NCBI GenBank assembly: GCA_964016885.1
Contig: CAXHJY010001288.1
Location: 114,291-178,290, forward strand
Length of the DNA: 64,000 nt
Direction of reading: 5' to 3'
Origin: Eledone cirrhosa
Lineage: Eukaryota
The notes beneath the pieces are model-generated. The model was not told the origin of the DNA. It saw nothing but the letters and a program-made list of their open reading frames with translations, and ran no database searches. The position numbers and the translations under genes are program-made. Shown here in pieces: positions 53,801 to 64,000 of this stretch. How positions within the stretch are numbered: the first letter of the stretch is position 1; each line of letters opens with the position of its first letter.

Positions 53801-56800
53801 TCAGATTTATAACAGATATGTAGGACTAGACTCTATCACTGTTAGATATATGACAGATATATATAGAACTAGACTCTACCGCTGTCAGATATATGACAGA
53901 TATATTGCACTAGACTCTATCATTGTCAGATTTATAACAGATATGTAGGACTAGAATCTATCACTGTTAGATATATGACAGATATATAGGACTAGACTCT
54001 ATCACTGTCAGATATATGACCGATATATAGAACTAGACTCTACCACTGTCAGATATATGACAGATATATAAGACTAGACTCTATAAATGTTAGATATATG
54101 ACAGATATATAGGACTAGACTCTCATCTCTGTCAGATATATGACAGATATATAGGACTAGACTCTATCACTGACAGATATATGACAGATATATAGGACTA
54201 GACTCTATCACTGACAGATTTATGACAGATATATAGGACTAGACTCTATCACTATGAGATATATGACAGATATATAAGACTAATATCTATCACTGTCAGA
54301 TATATGCCAGATATATAGGACAACACTCTATCACCATCAGATATATGACATATATACAGGACTAGACTCTATCACTATGAGATATATGACATATATATAG
54401 TACTACACTCTATCAGATATATGACAGATATATAGGACTAGACTCTCTCACTGTCAAATATATGACAGGTATATAGAACTAGACTCTATCACTGTCAGAT
54501 ATATGACAGATATATAGGACTAGACTCTATCACTGTCAAATATATGACAGGTATATAGAACTAGACTCTATCACTGTCAGATATATGACAGATATATAGG
54601 ACTAGATTCTATCACTGTCAGATATATGACATACATATAGGACTAGTGTCTATCACTGTCAGATGTGACAGATATATAGGACTAGACAGTATCACTGTTA
54701 GATATATGACAGATATATAGTATTAGACACTATCTCTGTCAGATATATGACAGATAAATAGGACTAGACTCTATCACTGTCAGATATATGACAGATATAT
54801 TGGACTAGACACTATCACTGTTAGATATATGACAGATATATAGGACTAGACTCTATCACTGTCAGATATATGACAGATATATAGGACTAGAGTCTATCAC
54901 TGTCAGATATATGACAGATATATGACAAATATATAGGACAAAACACTATCAAAGTTAGATATATGACAGATATACAGGACTAGACTATATCATTGTCAGA
55001 TCTTTGACAGATATATAAGACTCGTCTCTATCACTGTTAGATATATGACAGATCTGTAGGACTAGACTCTATCTCTGTTTTATATATGACAGATATATAG
55101 GACTAGACTCTGTCACTATCAGATATATGACAGATATATAGGACTAGACTCTATCACCTGTTAGATTTATGACAGATATATTGGATTAGACTCCATCATT
55201 TTTAGTTATATGACAGATATATAGGACAAGACTCTATCACTGTCAGATATATAACAGATATATATAGGACTAGACTCTATCACCGTTAGATATGACAGAT
55301 ATATAAGACTAGACTCTATCACTGTTAGATACATGACAGATATATAGAACTAGACTCTACCACTGTCAGATATATGGCCGATATATAGAACTATACTCTA
55401 TCACTGTCAGATTTATAACAGATATGTAGGTCTAGACTCTATCATTGTTAGATATATGACAGATATATAGGACTAGACTCTACCACTGTCAGATATATGA
55501 CAGATATATAGGACTAGACTCTATCACTGTCAGATTTATAACAGATATGTAGGACTAGACTCTATCACTGTTAGATATATGACAGATATATAGGACTAGA
55601 CTCTATCACTGTCAGATATATGATAGTGATATATAGGACTAGACTTTATCACTGTCAGATATATGACAGATATATAAGACTAGACTCTACCACTGTCAGA
55701 TATATGACAGATATATAGGACTAGACTCTATAAATGTTAGATATATGACAGATATATAGGACTAGACACTCATCTCTGTGAGAAATATGACAGATATATA
55801 GGACTAGACTCTATCACTTTCAGATATATGACAGATATATAGGACTAGACTCTATCACTGACAGATATATGACAGATATATAGGAATAGACTCTTTCACT
55901 ATCCGATATATGACAGATATATAGGACTAGACTTTATCTATGTTAGATATATGACAGATATATAGGACTAGACTATATCACTGTCAGATATATGACAGAT
56001 ATATAGGACGAGACTATATCACTATCAGATATATGACAGATATATAGGACTAGACTTTATCTTTGTCAGATATATGACAAATATATAGGACTAGACACTA
56101 TCACAGTCAGATATATGACAGATATACAGGACTAGACTCTATCATTGCCAGATTTTTGACAGCTATATAAGACTCGTCTCTATCACTATTATATATATGA
56201 CAGATCTGTAGAACTAGACTCTATCTCTGTTATATATATGACAGATATATAGGACTAGATTCTATCACTATGAGATATATGACAGATATATAAGACTAGA
56301 CTATATCACTATCAGATCTGTAGAACTAGACTCTATCGCTGTCAGATATATGACAGATATATAAGACTAGACTCTATCACTATCAGATATATGACAGATA
56401 TATAGGACTAGACTCTATCACTGTCAGATATATGACAGATATATAGCACTAGACTCTATCACTATTAGATGTATCATAGATATATAGGACTAGACTCTCT
56501 CACTGTCAGATATATGACAGATATATAGGACTAGACTCTCTCACAGTCAGATATATGACAGGTATATGGGACTAGACTCTATGACTGTTAGATTTATAAC
56601 AGTTATATAGTACTAGACTCTATCACTGTCAGATATATAGGACTAGTCTCTATCACTATCAGATATATGACAGGTATATAAGACTAAACTCTATCAGTGT
56701 CAGGTATATGAGAGACATATAGGACTAAACTCTCTCACTGTTAGATACATGATAAATATATAGGACTAGACTCTCTCACTGTTAGATATATGACAGATAT

Positions 56801-58836
56801 ATAGGACTAGACTCTCTCACTGTTATATATAAGACAGATATACAGGACTAGACTCTATCATTGTCAGATTTTTGACAGATATATAAGACTCGTCTCTATC
56901 ACTGTTAGATATATGACAGATCTGTAGGACGAGAGACTATCTCCGTTGTATATATGACAGATATATAGGACTAGACTCTATCACTATCAGATATATGACA
57001 GATATATAGGACTAGACTCTCTCACTGTTAGATTCATGACAGATATATAGGACTAGACTCTATCACTGTCAGATATATGACATATATATATGACTAGACT
57101 CTATCACTGTTAAATATATGACAGATATTTAGGACTAGACTGTATCACTGTTAGATATATGACAGATAAATTGGACTAGACTTTATCTCTGTCAGATATA
57201 TGACAGATATATAGGACTAGACTCTATCCCTCTTAAATATATGACAGATATTTAGGACTAGACTCTATCACTGTTAGACATATGACAGATATATAGGACT
57301 AGGCTCTATCTCTGTCAGATATATGACAGTTATTTAGGACTAGACTGTATCACTGTTAGATATATGACAGATATATAGGACTAGACACTATCACTGTTAG
57401 ATATATGACAGATATATAGGACTAGACTATATCACTATCTGATATATGACAGATATATAGGACTAGACTTTATCTCTGTCAGATATATGACAGATATATA
57501 TGACTAGACTCTATCACTGTCAGAAATATGACAGATATATAGGACTAGACTATATAAATGTTAGATATATGACAGATATATAGGACTATAATCTATCACT
57601 ATAAGATATATGACAGATATATAGGACTAGGCTCTATCACTGACAGATATATGACAGATATATAGGAGTAGGCTCTATCACTGTCAGATATATGACAGAT
57701 ATATAGGACTAGGCTCTATCACTCACAGATATATGACAGATATATAGGACTAGACTCTATAACTATCTGATATATGACAGATATATAGGACTAGACTTTC
57801 TCTCTGTCAGATATATGACAGATATATAGGACTAGACTCTATCACTGTCAGATATATGGCAGATATATAGGACTAGACTCTATCACTCTCAGATATATGA
57901 CAGATATATAGGACTAGACACTATCACTGTTAGATATATGACAGATTTATAGGACTAGACTCTGTCACTGTTAGATATATGACAGATATATAGGACTAGA
58001 GTCTATCACTGTCATGTATATGACAGATATATAGGACTAGACTCTATCTTTGTTCAGATATATGGCAGATATATAGGACTAGGCTCTATCACTTTTAGAT
58101 ATATGACAGACATATACTACTAGAGTCTATCACTTTCAGGTCTATGACAGATATATAGGACTAGACTCTATCTCTGTCAGATATATAACATATATAAAGG
58201 ACTATACTCTATTACTGTCAGATATATGACATATATATAGGATTAGACTCTACCTCTGTCAGATATATGACATATATATAGGACTAGACTCTATAACTAT
58301 CAGATATATGACAGATATATAGGACTAGACTATATCACTGTTAGATATATGACATATATTGGACTAGACTCTATCACTGTGAGATATATGACATATATAT
58401 AGGTCTAGACTCTTTTATTTTCAGATATATTACAGATATATAAGACTAGACTCTACCACTGTCAGATATATGAGGGATATATAGGACTAGACTATCACTG
58501 TTAGTTATATGACATATATATAGGACTACACTCTATCACTATTAGGTATATGACAGATATATAGCACTAGACTATAAATGTTTGATATATGACAGATATA
58601 TAGGACTAGATTCTATCACTATCAGATATATGACAGATATATAGGACTCGGCTCTATCACTGACAGATATATGACAGATATATAGGACTAGACTCTATCA
58701 CTATCTGATATATGACAGATATATAGGACTAGACTTTATCTCTGTCAGAATATATAGGATTAGCCTCTATCACTCAGATATATGACAGATATATAGCACT
58801 AGACTCTATCTCTGTCAGATACATGACAGATATAGA
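44830..58836. repeat. 41-bp satellite, about 340 monomers, with higher-order structure
   Basis: Unit gatatataggactagactctatcactgtcagatatatgaca; 29-bp and 53-bp length variants. Confidence 0.98.
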
Positions 58837-58942
58837 CGTTTGATGGCGTCAAAGAGACAAAAAATATTTTGAATAAAGCTTTCTCATAGATATTTTCAAA
58901 AGTATGTATTTTTGTATAATAATATCTAATTCATATTTTCAG

Positions 58943-59089
58943 AGTCAAGCAAAAACATATACTCCTTGTACAGTCTAGTGTATAAAACACATGAAAGGAA
59001 CTACCAGCTGCTTAATTCGGCCAAAGATAATCTCATGAAGATTACTAAAAACTATCAAGATATCATGAAAGAGAAAGAAGGCAAAGAAG
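58943..59089 (+). CDS. Candidate host internal exon (147 nt, phase 1-1), unknown protein
   Basis: ctaat branch-like site, tattttcag acceptor, AAG|gttag donor; open frame SSKNIYSLYSLVYKTHERNYQLLNSAKDNLMKITKNYQDIMKEKEGKE. Confidence 0.55.
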
Positions 59090-59401
59090 GTTAGCGCACA
59101 GTTTTATCATATATATTCTTCAACAATGCTTATAGAAGTAAACTAATATCTAGGCTCAGTAATTAGGATGTAGTCTCTCGTTGAATCATGCTAGTAATAG
59201 GGACCACTATTGAAAACAAAAATCATAACAGTTTATCTTTTGATCAATTTTAAGAAGGCTCTTTTTTGTGTGACAGGTAGTTGTTCTAGGCAGATATCAA
59301 CATTGATCCACCAGAGCTACGGTTTTAGGTGCACACCCCTACTATTTCTCCTTCATTTTCCACGCATATTGTAGCGAGGACTAAATTATTTACTCTCGCT
59401 T

Positions 59402-59617
59402 GGGCAGTGGATTGGCAGAGTCGTCAGAGCGTCGGACAAAATGCTTTGCAACATTTGCTCACGCTCTTTACGTTCTGAGTTCAAATCCGGTCGAAGTCAA
59501 CGTTTTTTTCAATCACCCTGGGTGTATAAATCAAAGTACAGACCAAATACTTGGGTCTATTAAATACACCCCAACCCAAAGCATTGCTGGCTTTGTGCCT
59601 AACATTAGAAACAATTA
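59402..59617 (+). mobile_element. SINE family A (diverged)
   Basis: Family consensus match. Confidence 0.8.
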
Positions 59618-60187
59618 TTTAATATCTCTTTCACGATGTTGTAGTTCTTGTTACCATCATGATTTTTCACGTAGTGACAGGGAGTGTCAGGTTTGAAGTT
59701 TGCTGCGGTAACAAATCGTTCCCGGTTTGTTAGGTAGTATTTGAGTAAAATTTGTCTGCCATCTCTAGCAGGCCGATCAACCACACATAGGCATTTGTCT
59801 GTGACAGCTAATGTAATTTTACAGCGAATTCTCCCAAAATAAACTCTAACATAATTTCAATTGCCAATTGGGACGACTTTATTTCATGGGTGTGACTTGA
59901 GAGAATTATCAACCTCCCAACTTCCTATATACTGACGTCCTCTTGTTAGGGAAAACTCCATATGTAATGGGTGCAATTGTACTTGTAAATCTATTAATGG
60001 AAGTTTTTTTTCTTATTATTTATGCTACGTTCACTCTATTTAGTATACGATGACAATAAATTAAACTGAATTCAGTTACAGAAAAGAAAACGCCTTTCAG
60101 AGATTATGCCACCAACGCTATTATATAATATCTCTATGAATACATGACAAGTTCACGTTCAACATTTACATTATTTGTATATCATGA

Positions 60188-60410
60188 GGGCGGTGGATTG
60201 GCAATATCAGAAGAGCGTCAGACACCATGCTTTGTAGCACAGAGTTATGGCTCTTTACGTTCTAAGTTCAAATCCCGCCGAAGTTAGCTTTGCCTTTCAT
60301 CCTCTACGGGGTCGATAAATACAGTACCAGTAATGCAGTGGGGTCGATTTCATCAACTTTCCTCTCCCCCCTTCAAATTGCAGGCCTTGTGACTAAAGTT
60401 GAAACAATTA
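60188..60410 (+). mobile_element. tRNA-derived SINE, family A
   Basis: Family consensus match. Confidence 0.88.
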
Positions 60411-61049
60411 TTTGTATATCATATAGATGTTGTTTCATGATCCAAGCGGACAAAATGGCAAAAACGTTAGATAGGAGAATAACAAGAGAAATGTACTGAA
60501 ACAGACATTCCAATTGGTGGGGCCCGTTCTTGTGGATGGCTATCTCCATCTAGTAAGCAGGGAGGTGATTTAAGGTCCTGTTTCCACCACTATGAATACA
60601 ATGATGTACCTATATCTTTAAAATTGCCATCGAGAATGTAGTAATTGACGCTAGGAATAGTTTCCAATCGTGAAAACAATGCCAAAAATGGATTGAAAGG
60701 TCACTTCAGTGACGGTATGGCGCCCTCAGTGTTAGTGCTACAATAAAACACACCAAATACACCCTGTAAAGCGTTTGGTGATAGGAAGACCATCCAGCTA
60801 AAGAAAACCTGCCAAATAAAGAAATAAAGAGTCGGGAGGATTATTCAGTTTTGTAAAAGACGTAAGAATCTCCCTAATGCTGGTGCCACGATAACATGCA
60901 CTCAGTGCACTCTGTAGAATGTGGGAACATCTGTCAAGGAGAAGCTCCTCTTCCTTCTACCCGTCTGAGATGTCAGTAGCACCGGTGAAGTACTGACTTG
61001 GTCTCTGATGATCTGTCCAACATTTCCTAGCAGGGAAATTGGACATGAA

Positions 61050-61247
61050 ATGATGACGACGGCGGCGGCGGCGGCGACGATGACCATGATGATGATGACG
61101 ATGATGATGATGGTGGTGGTGGTGGTGGTGGTGGTGGTGGTGATGATGACGGCGGTGAGGACGACGACAACGACGATGACGGCGGTGGCGGCGGCGGCAG
61201 CGGCAACGACGACCATGATGATGATGATGATGATGATGACGAGGATA

Positions 61248-61296
<49 letters not shown>

Positions 61297-61300
61297 CGAC
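61050..61300. repeat. (GAT/GGT/GGC/GAC)n trinucleotide tract
   Basis: Direct inspection. Confidence 0.95.
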
Positions 61301-62027
61301 CGACTCCTGTTGATGTCTCAGTTTGTTGTCGTTCGTTTGATCGAGATCAGTGATCAGTCTCCAGGATCTACCACGAGGAGGTCGACAAACTCTGGCCCTA
61401 TTCAACCTTCATCACACAAATGATCGAAGATGGTCGAACTTCTAGATAGTCACTCAATCTGATTGTAATCAAATTTTCACAACAACACAACTTACTGACC
61501 TACAAAATACGATATTTAAATAATTTAGTCTGAGATACACTATTTCTGAAACCAAGAAGGGTTGATCATGATTGGAAAGACTTTGATCATAGATCTGATC
61601 ATTAAGAACATGCCTGGGGTTAAACAATGCCAGTAAGCTAACAATTTGGATGATTTTTTTCGATTTAAGATCATGAAGTGAAAATGATACTTTCGGCAAT
61701 CTCTGAAATTCTTCGTACATAATCGGCAATAAGAATCGAATACATCCTGGGCATTATATAATTCGATTTTATCTACCTTATATCTGAAAAAAAAAGAGAA
61801 GAAAAATAAAGACATGGTGGTCATGACTGGAACACATTTGATGGAAGGCAGACATTTAAACTGTTTTAATTTGTAATTCTAACATCCGAGGAAATAGGCT
61901 CTTTCGGTCATTTCAAGGGCAACCAAGGCAAATTATGGTGCACTTTCATCAGATAAAATACAGATTTGTTTTATAAATAAATATTGACATACCCCGAAAA
62001 AAGACAACCTTAACGGTTGAAGTTCAC

Positions 62028-62447
62028 AAATATGTATATGTATGTATATGTATATATGTATATGTATGTATATGTATGTATATATATGTATATGTATGTA
62101 TGTAGAAAATATATATTTGTATGTATGTAGAAAATATATATTTGTATGTATGTGATATATATATATATGTGTGTGTGTGTGTATATATGTGTATGTACAG
62201 GATATGTATAGTATAATATATATGTATGTTTAGTGTGTATGTATATGTATGTATAAGATATATATATATATATTTATGTATATATGTGTCTGTGTGTGTA
62301 TGTATGTATATATAGACATATATATGTGTGTATGTGCGTGTGTGTGTGTATGTGTATACATATATATATATATAAAAAAATATATATGTGTGTTTGTATA
62401 ATATGTATATATGTGTTTGGTGTATGTATATATATGTGGTGTGTGTT

Positions 62448-62488
<41 letters not shown>

Positions 62489-62782
62489 TTGCATATATGT
62501 AGTATATATTTATATATATATATGGTATGTGTATATATGTGTATAAAATATATATAAAATGTGTGTGTGTATATATGGGTGTATATGTATGTGTGTGTAT
62601 ATATGTGTAGGTATGTGTATGTATATATGTGTGTATATGTGTGTATATATATATATGTGTGTGTGTGTGTGTATGTGTATGTGTGTGTGTATATATATGT
62701 GTATGTGTGTGTATATATGTGTGTATATGTATATGTGTATGGGTGTGTATGCGTATGTATGTGTGTGTATATATATATATAT
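62028..62782. repeat. TA/TG compound microsatellite
   Basis: Direct inspection. Confidence 0.95.
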
Positions 62783-62965
62783 TCACTTTCCTATATGTAA
62801 ATGTATCTACAGTCCATATATACTACATACAAACACATATCAATACATATGTACATACATATATATATATATGTGTATATGTATATGTATGTACATATGT
62901 GTTGATATGTGTTTGTATGTAGTATATATGGACTGTAGATACATTTACATATAGGGAAGTGAATA
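62779..62965. repeat. Inverted repeat with arms of about 85 bp
   Basis: cactttcctatatgtaaatgtatctacagtcc... / ...ggactgtagatacatttacatatagggaagtg. Confidence 0.92.
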
Positions 62966-63310
62966 TGTGAGCCAGCATGTCCCCCCACACTTCCTCTCCA
63001 GACCAATAACAACAACACATCTTTGACAAATATTCCCAAACTATCCTTCTTTTCTATTTTTCCTGTCATCCCATTTTTATCAAAAGACATACATCTTACA
63101 CCTCATTAAAAACCAGACAAGCACCTAAATTCATCTTTGATATATAAATCTGTTGAAGATATTCTTTATGGATTTGGAAGAGTTGATTCAGCTATGCCAT
63201 TATAAACTCATCAAAGGTCAGCTAATGAAATAAAACCAGCAGGAGAGTAGGTTTACGACAACCTTATCTTACAATCTCACCATTTTCTGAGTGTGTATAT
63301 ATATGTGTGT

Positions 63311-63352
<42 letters not shown>

Positions 63353-63586
63353 TAATTCCTCCGGACCTTCCTCATCATCAACACTCATTAACACCACACC
63401 CCAGACACATCCAAATCTCTCTCTTATATATAGTCACACATTTCAACACAACTTGATCTCAGTTTGACAATCGCCACAGACAGACGAATGCGAGAAAGTT
63501 CTCCAGCCCAAGTTAACCAGGAATTTCTAAAATTCTTCCCAGCGAAGTTAACAAAGAACTTACTGGATCTACCAACTCATAATATT

Positions 63587-63807
63587 ATAATGGTTTCTTA
63601 TATAGGCACAAGGCCAGCAATTTTGGGGATGGGGAAAGTCGATTAAATCGACCTCAGTGCATGACTGGTTCTTTATTTTATCGACCCCTTAAGGATGAAA
63701 AGCAAAGTTAACCTCAGTGGGATTTGAACTCAGATCATAAAGGTCCGTAACTCTATGCTGCAAAGCATGGCGTCCGACCCTCTACCGATACTGCCAATCC
63801 ACCGCCC
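63587..63807 (-). mobile_element. tRNA-derived SINE, family A
   Basis: Family consensus match; opposite-strand 3' fragment at 63843-63905. Confidence 0.9.
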
Positions 63808-64000
63808 TATCTCATAATATTATAATATTATATTATAACATTAAATAAAGTACCAGTAATACACTGGGATAATTGCTGGCCTTGTGCCAAAAGTAGAAAC
63901 AATTCTATTATAACATTAAATCAAAAGATTTTTTAACACTACAAGTGAAATCATTCTTTTCCCTTTTTTTCAAATATACCTAACTGCACCAAGGATCTCA

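Noticed and set aside
60902-61405. Poly-M/V/A/I ORFs
   Set aside because: Trinucleotide-repeat artefact.
61469-61824. Minus-strand ORFs with an acceptor-like tttttttcag
   Set aside because: Overlap dispersed-repeat sequence related to 34680-34915; no recognisable protein.

Overview
Eukaryotic, AT-rich, repeat-dominated DNA. The SINE families and the microsatellite load suggest an octopus or other coleoid cephalopod; this is inferred from recalled repeat sequences and is unverified. There is no intact long gene, and most ORF-track entries are microsatellite artefacts. Contents: (1) two Penelope-like (PLE) RT+GIY-YIG retroelements of different clades, plus many small pLTR remnants beside (TA)n tracts; (2) about nine near-complete and three partial type I hammerhead-ribozyme motifs, several with a greatly enlarged or branched stem II; (3) a head-to-tail cluster of Tx1-clade LINE copies, each ending at a (TATC)n tract; (4) RTE and CRE-type LINE fragments, more than 20 tRNA-derived SINE copies, hAT MITEs, a Helitron/HINE-like element and a solo LTR; (5) 47-bp and 51-bp minisatellites, an array of a constant unit with variable (CAA)n tails, and a 14-kb 41-bp satellite with higher-order structure; (6) two phase-compatible candidate host exons about 33 kb apart. 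All structures were read and folded by eye, so coordinates are approximate to a few bp.
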